DNA of 64,000 nucleotides from an uncultured Gammaproteobacteria bacterium (GTDB lineage Bacteria; Patescibacteriota; Patescibacteriia; UBA11705; DATKZF01): NCBI GenBank assembly GCA_964411255.1, contig CAYPKD010000002.1, positions 34,100 to 98,099 of the forward strand, read 5' to 3'. Shown piece by piece: positions 1 to 8,769 of this stretch (position 1 is its first letter; each line of letters starts with the position of its first letter). The notes under the pieces were generated by a model. It saw only the letters and a program-made list of their open reading frames with translations, ran no database searches and was not told where the DNA came from. The position numbers and the translations under genes were made by a program.

Positions 1-800
1 TACCAAGGCAGATGGAGTCGGGCGCCTGGTCAGTGCTGGATGAGGTTAATACTTCAGAACCCCAAGTTTTGGTTCGTTTGAACCGGCCAATGGAAAGAGG
101 CGGAGATCTTGTTTTGCATGAGGATGGTTCCAGAAAGGTGACAAGACATAAAAATTTCAGATTGGTTGCCACAGTTAATCCACCAGGGGGAAGATATAAA
201 GGAAGAGTGCCATTGTCAGCTGAATGGATTTCCAGATGGAATTATCAAAATGTAGGATCATTGCCTTCTGAAACGAGAGCTGAAAGAATGATGGCAGCAG
301 AGGGCGTGCCATTAGAAGAAGAAATGACAGTGGATGTAGCATTATTCGAGCCAGAAAGTGAACTTAAGCCAGAAGAAAAATTATCAGATTATTATGAAGC
401 TGACTGGATTAAGGATTTGTTTTTAAAATATGCTATTTTTGCAGATTCAGTTCAGAAATTGATTGTAAAAAGAGAGATTGCCAAAGATCAAAAGCAGACA
501 TTTGACTTTGATCAAAGAGATGATCAGCGATTCAGGGAATATTTAAGAAAGTTCAGAAGATCAGGTGATATGAAAGGAGTTATTCAGGAAGCACTTGAAT
601 ATATTTTTATGAATAAATTGACAAAAGCTGAAGACAGAAAAAAAGTACAAGACGCAGCAGATTTGAATAAGGTTGATGAACCAAAGGAAAAGATCCCAAC
701 AGGTGATAAGGCGATGGAGAAAAGACTAAGAGCAATGAAAGCCGGTCTGCTAGGCGTTGGTATGGCTGAAGATCATGAGGATGCGATGTTAGGGAAATAG
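1..800 (+). CDS. AAA+ ATPase, MoxR/AAA_5-like, C-terminal part (5' end lies before the window)
   Basis: Reading frame open to window edge; motifs LHEDGSRKVTRHKNFRLVATVNPPGG resemble AAA_5 (MoxR/CbbQ-type) lid region; immediately followed by a vWA gene (classic MoxR-vWA pairing). Confidence 0.55.
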   Translation, partial: PRQMESGAWSVLDEVNTSEPQVLVRLNRPMERGGDLVLHEDGSRKVTRHKNFRLVATVNPPGGRYKGRVPLSAEWISRWNYQNVGSLPSETRAERMMAAEGVPLEEEMTVDVALFEPESELKPEEKLSDYYEADWIKDLFLKYAIFADSVQKLIVKREIAKDQKQTFDFDQRDDQRFREYLRKFRRSGDMKGVIQEALEYIFMNKLTKAEDRKKVQDAADLNKVDEPKEKIPTGDKAMEKRLRAMKAGLLGVGMAEDHEDAMLGK

Positions 801-955
801 ACTTGGTTTTTGTCCTTAATCTTGTAGCATGTAACCTATAACACGTAGCACTTAACACATAGCAAATGCGAGTTTGAGCCAGCAGTATTGAAGTTAGAAT
901 AATAAAATGTTCCGAGCGTAGTCGAGGGACTCCAATTAATTTTTGACTTAATTTT

Positions 956-2938
956 ATGCCAACAAAAGAACCAATCATCCCTCCAGGCATGGAGCCAAAA
1001 GAGCCTGAGCCAAAGGAAATGAAAATTTCCAAAGAAGAATATGAATCTAGGCTTGGCCGCCTAAAGTCAATGGGCAGAATCGTTGGCGATGATTTTGATA
1101 TGGGCGTGGATGTGGGAAAAAAACCTGGCTGGCGTTATATTTTCGAACCGCATAATAAAATTGAGGTTGATCCAAATGATTTGGCTGAAAAAGGACTTGA
1201 TTACTGTTTTGGTATTATTTGCCATGAAGGCAGTCATCGAAAAATTTCCCGGCTTGATTTTATTCCAAAAAAAATCTGGCAGGAAATGGGATTTTCTTTT
1301 TTAATGAATGCAGTAGAAGATCCACGAGTTAATAACTGGGTAATGGAAAAATATGATGGTGCAAAAGACTGGCTTGAACGAGCTTATTATGAAGATATAC
1401 CAATCGATGATCAGCTTGATGAAAAAGCAAAGAAAAAACTTGGTTATACGCCTAAGCATGTTAAATATGGGTTAGAGGTTATTAAATACTGGCATTTAGG
1501 TGAATTTACCAAAGATCTGGATGAAGATATAAGAGAGGCATTGGATGAGACAATTAAATATGCAGAGTTAGCTTATGAGACTTTGCCAGACACAGATAAT
1601 CCGACTGAAAAAGATATTAAAGAAAGAGCACAGCTGATGTACGGTATTGTTTATAATAAAATTTGGCCTATTTATCAGGAGTTGGTTGATAAAGCATTTG
1701 ACGAAGAGGCATTGCGCCAGATGATTGAGAATATGCTGGAAAATGGAGAAATGCAAATGCCAGAAGAAGGACAAGATGCTGAGGGTATGCCAATTCCATG
1801 GGATCAGATACCTGATGATTTGAAAGAAAAATTAAAGCAGAAATTAAAAGAGCTGCTTGATCAAATGGATGAAGATGAACGTAAGAAATTTGAAGAAGAC
1901 GCAGAGGGGAAAGCAGAAGACGCGTTGGATGGTTTGGAAGATGAATTAAATGAGGAATTAAAGGGAAAAATGGTAAAAATGAAAAAGTCTGCTAAAGAGG
2001 AAAAAGAAGAGGAAGAAAAGGCTGAGGCAGAAAAAGAGAAAGAAAAAGAAAAAAAAGAAGACTTGAAAAAAAAGCAAAGGGAATATGAAAGAAAATTAGA
2101 ATCGCAAAAGACAGAGTATGAAAAAGCTTTAACAGAGGTCGCTCCTTATGTAGATAAGGTGGCTGAAGATTTAATCAATATATTCATGACTGAGCGATTT
2201 CCAAAATTTAAGGCTAAATTTCCAGGCCAAAAATTACGATTAAAAGGTGCAATGGACTGGAAATCAAGGAAAGAATACAGAAAACTTTTTGAAACCAGAG
2301 AGCCTTTCGAAAGAAAGAAGTTTAGCGTTATGCTGCTGGTAGATTTATCTGGCTCAATGAGAGGTGAAAAAATCGAAGAGACTTTTAAAGGAGCAGTGTT
2401 ATTCGCTGAAGCATTGAACCGAGTGGCTGAAACAATGGGAGGATTAAAAGTGGCAATCTACGGATTTCAGGACACATTAATAAAATATAAAAAGTTTGAT
2501 ACAGAAATAGATGATGAGCTTAGAAATGAAATAAGCGTTATGCAAAGAGAGCCAGCTAATATGGGTAATCATAATCAAGCAGGTTATAATAGCGACGGCT
2601 ATTCAGTTTATCATGCTTCTAAAATGTTGGAAGATGAAGGCGGTGACAATCAGTTTTTAATAATATTGTCAGATGGATTCCCAGTGCCAGATTATGGTCA
2701 TCGAGCCCCTGGCTATCAGCAGTTAAGCGGAGACGAAGAATTAAAAGAGGTGGTACGTGATATTGTGAAAAATAAAAATCAATATATATTAGGAGTCGGG
2801 CTGGGACCTGGCACTGAGCATGTAGCTGACTTTTATGATGAAGATTTAAGGGGAGTGGAAAATATTCCAAATGTAAATGTAACAAAATTATCAGAAGTCA
2901 TAGGTGATAAAACAGTTAAATTAATTCAATCAAAATAA
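956..2938 (+). CDS. vWA-domain protein with N-terminal HExxH (CHEGSHR) motif and long K/E-rich coiled-coil linker
   Basis: C-terminal LLVDLSGSM MIDAS-type motif (DxSxS) typical of von Willebrand A domains; HEGSH near N-terminus; KE-rich low complexity 1900-2100. Confidence 0.75.
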   Translation: MPTKEPIIPPGMEPKEPEPKEMKISKEEYESRLGRLKSMGRIVGDDFDMGVDVGKKPGWRYIFEPHNKIEVDPNDLAEKGLDYCFGIICHEGSHRKISRLDFIPKKIWQEMGFSFLMNAVEDPRVNNWVMEKYDGAKDWLERAYYEDIPIDDQLDEKAKKKLGYTPKHVKYGLEVIKYWHLGEFTKDLDEDIREALDETIKYAELAYETLPDTDNPTEKDIKERAQLMYGIVYNKIWPIYQELVDKAFDEEALRQMIENMLENGEMQMPEEGQDAEGMPIPWDQIPDDLKEKLKQKLKELLDQMDEDERKKFEEDAEGKAEDALDGLEDELNEELKGKMVKMKKSAKEEKEEEEKAEAEKEKEKEKKEDLKKKQREYERKLESQKTEYEKALTEVAPYVDKVAEDLINIFMTERFPKFKAKFPGQKLRLKGAMDWKSRKEYRKLFETREPFERKKFSVMLLVDLSGSMRGEKIEETFKGAVLFAEALNRVAETMGGLKVAIYGFQDTLIKYKKFDTEIDDELRNEISVMQREPANMGNHNQAGYNSDGYSVYHASKMLEDEGGDNQFLIILSDGFPVPDYGHRAPGYQQLSGDEELKEVVRDIVKNKNQYILGVGLGPGTEHVADFYDEDLRGVENIPNVNVTKLSEVIGDKTVKLIQSK

Positions 2939-2939
2939 T

Positions 2940-3389
2940 ATGGTAAACAAAGAAGAAAAAATAAAAAAGTTCTATGAGGTGGTTTCAAAAATGCAAATCC
3001 CTCCAGGCAGGGAAATCGGCCTGATTATTTCAAAGAAAAAAAAGGTGCTGGCAGATATTTCAAAGCAAGCTCCAGATTCAAACATGATAACCGTTTTTGA
3101 ACTGGATAAAGAAACAAATGTGGAAAAAGCCATTGATGATTTGGCTGATGCTATGAGCACAGGCAGAACAGCATTACTTCAGATCCATGATTATCTAGAT
3201 CAGAAAATTTTTAATCAGCTTTATTTATTATCAAAGGACGGCCGGATGCAGTATGCAAAACTTGAGGATTGGGTGACAGTGGATGCTGTTCCAGAAGCAA
3301 GCATAATTTTAATTTCAACTGAAAAGGAGTTGGAAAATTTGAATTACACCAATATTATGGACATGGTCGGGCCAGTTTTGCGAATTTAA
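2940..3389 (+). CDS. hypothetical protein, translationally coupled to vWA gene
   Basis: ATG 1 nt after upstream stop; no recognisable domain. Confidence 0.5.
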   Translation: MVNKEEKIKKFYEVVSKMQIPPGREIGLIISKKKKVLADISKQAPDSNMITVFELDKETNVEKAIDDLADAMSTGRTALLQIHDYLDQKIFNQLYLLSKDGRMQYAKLEDWVTVDAVPEASIILISTEKELENLNYTNIMDMVGPVLRI

Positions 3390-3470
3390 TTTGGCAATAG
3401 TAATACCACTGCTTTAGGTTATACAGGATTTTACAAAGAGATTTCTCCATTCCGCTTCGCTTCAGTCGAA

Positions 3471-5066
3471 ATGACAAAACAGGGCAGCGGCAAAACACCT
3501 ATGGTATTTGAAAAAATTCCAAAACCAGAAAAGGCAGAAAAGAAATCAGAAGCCAAATCAAAAGCTGAGCAGGATAAATCCCTTGCTCAGGTTTTAGAAT
3601 TAGCCAGAAAAAGGAGAAAAGCTGAAAGAATACAGTTAACACCTGATGAGGATAAGCGGTTATTTTTAATTTTAACAAAAGCAATTAAAGCAGAAAAGGC
3701 TGGAGAATTGGCAAAAGCAATTGAGTATTATTCTGAATATAAACAAGAGTTATTAAAAATAAAAGAAGCAAATGAAGAAAAGGAACGACTTAAAGAAGGG
3801 TTTGAGGTCGATGTAACTGAGTATTTAGAATTCGGAATTCCAGGTGAGCCTGTTCCTGATAATGGTGGTATTGTTTTCTTAGCAAATGAAAAAGGCTTGC
3901 ATTATTTGATAAATGAAAAAAATGAAAAAATCGGCAATCCAATTGTCGATGCTAGTGAAATGCACAAGCCAGTTAAGGCAAAAGGTGATTATTGGTGTAT
4001 AGTTAAACCACGAATAGGTGAAGATGAGCCAGGAATTGTAAATATAAATACTCGTCAAAAAACAACTTTTTGGAATAAACGCTTCGACCCACCGGCTCCA
4101 CATGAACCTGAAAGAATTTTATCTATAAATGATAATATATATGTGATAGTTGAGGCTGGAATGGGAAGCGGAGAATTAATTGATCTAGATGATAATAGGG
4201 TGTTATTCAATGGGGAATATCATCAGGTTAGCCCTCCTCTTTTTAAAACCTGGGATATCATAAAGGGTGAACAAAAAGAGTTTTTAATTGATGAAAAAGA
4301 TAATGAGCGCAGTAAAAAATATAATAGAATCAATCAGCTTGTAGAGACGAAGGGAGAAATTTATTTGTCAGTTCAAGAAAAAAAGAAATCATTAATTGGT
4401 CAGTCGAAAAATATTGAGTTTGTTACTGATTCAGCTGGAAAAAGAATAGGGAAGCAATATCAAGAAGTGCTAAAATTAAAGGAAGTAAATGGTAAGCCAA
4501 TGTTTTCTGTTTTTCATAAAGGAAAATATTTTTTAGTTAATCACAAAGGTAAGAGGGTATCAGAAAAATTTGACGATATAGTTTTGGATTTTGAGATTAT
4601 TGAAGACACAACATATTTTATAACTCAACCAGAACCAGAAAAAAAGTTTCAACCTATTACCGTCTCAGATGATAAGCGCGGCAAGATTGCTGAGTTTTTA
4701 GTAAAAGAATTTGAGTCTACAGATAATATTGGAGGGAAATTATATATTACTTGCCGTAAAATGATTGAAGGCCCAAGGGGGACAATGCTTGATGGCAGAT
4801 TTGTTGTTGATGAAAATGGAAGAGAGATAGTAGATGGAAGTATTTTCGATCCTCAGAAAGTATATGATTTTAATAATAAATTTTACTGCCATGCAAAGGA
4901 CAAAGAACATAGGCGTGATGTTTTATTAGATGAAAAAGGTCAAGAACTTACTGCCATGGCTAATATTTTTTATGTTAAGCAAGATGAAGATGGCAGGATT
5001 TATATAATTGGCAGGGAAAAGCGCGGAGATAAAATTTATTATGTTAAGAGATTTATAGAGGGTTGA
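3471..5066 (+). CDS. MIT-like N-terminal helical module fused to ~430 aa of beta-rich repeats (WG-repeat-like KGKYFLVNHKGKRV units)
   Basis: N-terminus LTPDEDKRLFLILTKAIKAEKAGELAKAIEYYSEYKQELLKIK shares the module of the 5206/5896/6534/48006/49161 paralogs. Confidence 0.6.
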   Translation: MTKQGSGKTPMVFEKIPKPEKAEKKSEAKSKAEQDKSLAQVLELARKRRKAERIQLTPDEDKRLFLILTKAIKAEKAGELAKAIEYYSEYKQELLKIKEANEEKERLKEGFEVDVTEYLEFGIPGEPVPDNGGIVFLANEKGLHYLINEKNEKIGNPIVDASEMHKPVKAKGDYWCIVKPRIGEDEPGIVNINTRQKTTFWNKRFDPPAPHEPERILSINDNIYVIVEAGMGSGELIDLDDNRVLFNGEYHQVSPPLFKTWDIIKGEQKEFLIDEKDNERSKKYNRINQLVETKGEIYLSVQEKKKSLIGQSKNIEFVTDSAGKRIGKQYQEVLKLKEVNGKPMFSVFHKGKYFLVNHKGKRVSEKFDDIVLDFEIIEDTTYFITQPEPEKKFQPITVSDDKRGKIAEFLVKEFESTDNIGGKLYITCRKMIEGPRGTMLDGRFVVDENGREIVDGSIFDPQKVYDFNNKFYCHAKDKEHRRDVLLDEKGQELTAMANIFYVKQDEDGRIYIIGREKRGDKIYYVKRFIEG

Positions 5067-5205
5067 GGTGGACGTTGTTCCATTATATACAATACCAACC
5101 TCCGCTGATTTGGATGATGCAGTTCGAATACTGGATTCATGCCGGAATTTACCTGCCTTTGGCAGGCAGGAATGACGTTCTGGACAGCGGCCTAATTAAA
5201 CCAAT

Positions 5206-5892
5206 ATGAAATCAGAACAAATTGAACAATCTCTTGAATCCCAGTTGGAAATGGCCAGACGAGGTCGAAAAGAAGTGAAACGTGTTGAATTAACGCCTGA
5301 TGAGGATAAGTTCTTGTTTTTGATTTTAAATAAAGCAATCGCTGCTGAAAAGGCTGGGGATTTAGCAAAAGCATTGGAACATTATACGAAATATAAGGAA
5401 GAATTATTAGAAATAAAAAGAAAAGGAGAAATAAGAAAAAAAAGGCGAGAAAGAAGAGCAGAGAGACGCGGCACAGTAGTCGCAGAAAAGAAAAAAGCAG
5501 ATTGGACACCGTTAATAGATTGGGCAGAAGAAATAGGTATTGTAAATCCAAAAAAATGGGTAAAAAGTAATTTTGTTTCAAGTAGGCTTCCAGAATTTGT
5601 GACTCGAAAAAGTATTTTAATTAAACCAAAGGATCGGAGCAAGAAAATTGTTTTATTACCAAATCTAAAAGTGACAAAAAATGCCCAATTTACTAATCTA
5701 CAGATTCATGAACTACCTGAAGGTTTAGAAGTAGGTAATAATTTAGATATAATAAATTGTCCATTAGCTGAATTACCAGACGATTTAATTGTTGAAGGAA
5801 ATATTTTTATATCAGGAAATAATAATGAATTGATAGAAGCCGCTAAGGAATTGAAGAAAAAGGGTCAAATAAAAGGACAGATAAGAGTTTAA
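5206..5892 (+). CDS. paralog family member: MIT-like N-terminal module + LPX/LRR-like repeats + C-terminal ELKKKGQIKGQI motif
   Basis: N-term QSLESQLEMARRGRKEVKRVELTPDEDKFLFLILNKAIAAEKAGDLAKALEHY; C-term 20-22 aa repeats LPxxLxVxGNxxI. Confidence 0.65.
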   Translation: MKSEQIEQSLESQLEMARRGRKEVKRVELTPDEDKFLFLILNKAIAAEKAGDLAKALEHYTKYKEELLEIKRKGEIRKKRRERRAERRGTVVAEKKKADWTPLIDWAEEIGIVNPKKWVKSNFVSSRLPEFVTRKSILIKPKDRSKKIVLLPNLKVTKNAQFTNLQIHELPEGLEVGNNLDIINCPLAELPDDLIVEGNIFISGNNNELIEAAKELKKKGQIKGQIRV

Positions 5893-5895
5893 TTT

Positions 5896-6528
5896 ATGCC
5901 TGAACAAATAAAACAATCTCTCGAATCCCAACTCCAAATGGCCCGCCCGCGGTGTCATGAGGTTAAGCGTGTGCCTTTAACACCAGAAGAAAAGGAATTT
6001 TTAGGCGAGATTATGGATAAGGCAGTAGCTGCGGAAAAGGCCGGGGAATTGAAGAAGGCGCTGGATTTGTATACTGATTATAAAAATGAATTATTGAAAA
6101 TTAAAAAAAAATTATCTTTTGATAAAGATAAATGGGATGAGGAAACAGTGCTTAATTGGGTGAAAGAGGAAATAGATGCGAGTGATCCAAGAAAATGGAT
6201 GGACAAAATATATTTAAGAGAGCTGCCTGTAATATCTATTAATCAAATTACATTTGATTTATCTAATATAAAAAGCGTAAAACATTTGCCAAATAATTTG
6301 ATTGTGCGCGGGACTTTAAATTTACGAGGCACTTCTATTGAAAAATTACCAAATGCTTTAACTGTGCATGAGGATTTATATTTGCAGAATACTCCTATTA
6401 CCACACTTCCTGACAATATTTATATTCATGGTAAAGTTTATATATCAAAAGAAAATAAGAAATTACTAGCTGCTGCCAAGGAAGCTCAGAAAAGGGGGGA
6501 TATAAATGGACAGATTATTGAAGCGTAA
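5896..6528 (+). CDS. paralog family member (MIT-like N-term + LPxNLxVxGxLxL repeats)
   Basis: 5' 200 nt ~85 percent identical at DNA level to 6534 and 48006 copies (conserved AAATGGCCCGCCCGCGG). Confidence 0.65.
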   Translation: MPEQIKQSLESQLQMARPRCHEVKRVPLTPEEKEFLGEIMDKAVAAEKAGELKKALDLYTDYKNELLKIKKKLSFDKDKWDEETVLNWVKEEIDASDPRKWMDKIYLRELPVISINQITFDLSNIKSVKHLPNNLIVRGTLNLRGTSIEKLPNALTVHEDLYLQNTPITTLPDNIYIHGKVYISKENKKLLAAAKEAQKRGDINGQIIEA

Positions 6529-6533
6529 TTATT

Positions 6534-7175
6534 ATGAGAGAAAAACAAGAACAATCACTAGAATCTCAATTAAAAATGGCCCGCCCGCGGCGTTATGAGG
6601 TTAAGCGTGTGCCGCTGACACCTGAGGAAAAAGAATTTTTAGGAGAGATCATGGATAAGGCTGTGGCAGCGGAAAAGGCAGGGGAATTGCAGGAAGCTTT
6701 GAATCTCTATACTGATTATAAAAATGAGTTGTTAAAGATTAAGGAAACAAAGGAAAAAGAAAAAAGATCAAAAGAGGAAATAAAAAAAATACAGAAAGAA
6801 TTAATTGAGTGGGCAGGCAGTTTTAATACAGAACCTGAAAAATGGATAAATAAAAATTTTGATTTAAAAAATATGCCAGACATAATATGCTATGCAGATA
6901 TAGATTTAGATAATACGCAAGCAAATCATTTGCCAGATAATCTTATAGTTCATGGATTATTATCAATACAGAACACGCCAATCCTGAAATTACCGCATAA
7001 TCTATGTGTGGAAGGAGATTTTAATATCAGCAATACAAAATTAACAGACTTGCCCGATGATTTAATAGTAAATGGAATTTTGGAAATAGATGCTTTTGCT
7101 CTTAAAAAAATTAAAGATAAGGCTCATGAGTTGAAAAGAGCTGGACAAGTTATTAAAATAAATGAAATATTATGA
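6534..7175 (+). CDS. paralog family member (MIT-like N-term + LRR-like repeats)
   Basis: Same N-terminal module; stop overlaps ackA start (ATGA). Confidence 0.65.
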   Translation: MREKQEQSLESQLKMARPRRYEVKRVPLTPEEKEFLGEIMDKAVAAEKAGELQEALNLYTDYKNELLKIKETKEKEKRSKEEIKKIQKELIEWAGSFNTEPEKWINKNFDLKNMPDIICYADIDLDNTQANHLPDNLIVHGLLSIQNTPILKLPHNLCVEGDFNISNTKLTDLPDDLIVNGILEIDAFALKKIKDKAHELKRAGQVIKINEIL

Positions 7176-8290
7176 AAAATTTAATATTAACAATCAATAG
7201 CGGATCTTCTTCGCTAAAATTCAAACTTTTTGATCAAAAATTAAAAAAAATATCTTCTGGCATTGTGGAGCAAATAGGCGGCCGGTCTTTTTGCAATTTT
7301 GATAAAGATAAAAGATATGTAAAGATCAGCAGCCATGAAAAAGCTTTGGAAAAAGTTTTTGTATTTTTAAAATTTAAAGGCATTGATTTGAAAGATATAA
7401 AAAAAATAGGGCACAGATATGTACATGGCGGACAAAAGTTTTATAAGCCATTATTAATAAATAAAAAAAATCTAAAAGAGTTACAAAAGCTAAATGATTT
7501 AGCGCCGCTTCACAATCCACACAATTTAGCAGGAATTAAAGCCTGTATGAAGCTTTTAGCCAGCGCTAAAAATTATGCCTGCTTTGATACAGCCTTTTTT
7601 CATGATTTACCAGAAAAAGTACAGACTTATCCTCTTCCAAAGAAGTTATCTGACAAGTATAATATTAGAAAGTATGGCTTTCACGGATTGTCTCATCAGT
7701 ATGTGAGCTTGCTCAGTGCAAAAAAGCTGAATAAAAATGTGAGACAGGTTAATTTAATCACCTGCCACCTTGGTTCTGGCTGCAGCATTTCAGCAATTAA
7801 AAAAGGAAAACCCGTAGATACTTCAATGGGATTTACACCTCTAGAAGGACTGATGATGGCCACCAGAACAGGTGATTTTGATCCAGCAATAATCTTTTAT
7901 TTACACAAAAAAGGTTTGCTCTTTAAGAAAATTGAAAAAATGCTAAATTTTGAATCTGGACTTTATGGCATTTCTGGTTTAAAAGATATGCGGGCAATTT
8001 TAACAGCCAGTGGATATAAAGTACCAGGTTTTAAATTAAAAAATAAATTAAGTCCTTCACAAAAAAAACTTGCCAAGCTTGCTCTGGAAATGTTTGTTTA
8101 TCGAATTAAAAAATATATTGGCGCATATCAGGCTGTGCTGGGTAAAATTGATGCAATAGCTTTTACTGGTGGAATTGGGGAGAGGAGTGATGTGGTGAGA
8201 AAGCTTGTGATGCGCGGTTTGCCTATTAAGGCAAAGATAATTGTTGTACCCACGGATGAGGAATTGATGATAACGAGGCTAATAAAGTAA
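7172..8290 (+). CDS. ackA: acetate kinase
   Basis: LTINSGSSSLKFKLF N-term, HRYVHGG, CFDTAFFHDLP, ITCHLGSGCSISAI, AFTGGIGE, VVPTDEELMI motifs. Confidence 0.9.
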   Translation: MKNLILTINSGSSSLKFKLFDQKLKKISSGIVEQIGGRSFCNFDKDKRYVKISSHEKALEKVFVFLKFKGIDLKDIKKIGHRYVHGGQKFYKPLLINKKNLKELQKLNDLAPLHNPHNLAGIKACMKLLASAKNYACFDTAFFHDLPEKVQTYPLPKKLSDKYNIRKYGFHGLSHQYVSLLSAKKLNKNVRQVNLITCHLGSGCSISAIKKGKPVDTSMGFTPLEGLMMATRTGDFDPAIIFYLHKKGLLFKKIEKMLNFESGLYGISGLKDMRAILTASGYKVPGFKLKNKLSPSQKKLAKLALEMFVYRIKKYIGAYQAVLGKIDAIAFTGGIGERSDVVRKLVMRGLPIKAKIIVVPTDEELMITRLIK

Positions 8291-8291
8291 T

Positions 8292-8328
8292 CGTTACGAA
8301 GTTATAATGTTACTAAGTTACGAGGTTA
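8292..8328. repeat. left inverted repeat flanking four-helix-bundle gene
   Basis: cgttacgaagttataatgttactaagttacgaggttaa roughly reverse-complementary to 8726-8762. Confidence 0.45.
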
Positions 8329-8337
8329 AAAGATTAT

Positions 8338-8727
8338 ATGAAAATTACAAAATTAGAGGAATTAGATGCTTGGCAAGAAGCAAGAAAATTATGTGAGGGT
8401 ATTTATCAATTAGTTAAACAATTACCAAGTTTTGAGGAATATAATATAAAGAAGCATATGCGAGAAAGCGCAAGAGGAGTTGCAGCAAATATCGCTGAAG
8501 GATTTGGGAGATATTTTTATAAAGAGAATTTAAGGTTTTATGGTATTGCACGCGGATGCCTAAATGAGGTAAAAAGTGATTTGTATGTCTGTTTTGATGC
8601 AGAATTTATCGATCAAGAAAAGCTGGATGAACATTTGGAGAAAATTAATAAAACAGAAGCTCTTTTAAATGGGCTTGTTGGTAGTGTCCTTAGCAGATTA
8701 AACGACCCGAATATAAAGTCAAAATAA
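8338..8727 (+). CDS. four-helix-bundle protein (23S rRNA intervening-sequence protein family)
   Basis: LDAWQEARKLCEGIYQLV...RESARGVAANIAEGFGRYFYKENLRFYGIARGCLNEVKSDLY, hallmark of TIGR02436-type proteins. Confidence 0.85.
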   Translation: MKITKLEELDAWQEARKLCEGIYQLVKQLPSFEEYNIKKHMRESARGVAANIAEGFGRYFYKENLRFYGIARGCLNEVKSDLYVCFDAEFIDQEKLDEHLEKINKTEALLNGLVGSVLSRLNDPNIKSK

Positions 8728-8762
8728 CGTCGTAACTTTTTAACGTTATAACGTCTTAACCT
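8726..8762. repeat. right inverted repeat flanking four-helix-bundle gene
   Basis: aacgtcgtaactttttaacgttataacgtcttaacc; related orphan copies near 41775 and 50347. Confidence 0.45.
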
Positions 8763-8769
8763 TAATCAA

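Noticed and set aside
607-1032. Antisense/shadow ORFs in the six-frame track (e.g. 607..1032, 1568..1774, 9429..9875, 37816..38247, 49679..50107)
   Set aside because: Fully embedded opposite well-supported genes, low-complexity hydrophobic translations, no RBS.
5128-5150. tRNA-like T-loop (gcagttcgaatactgg)
   Set aside because: No complementary T-stem or acceptor stem could be built; no cloverleaf.
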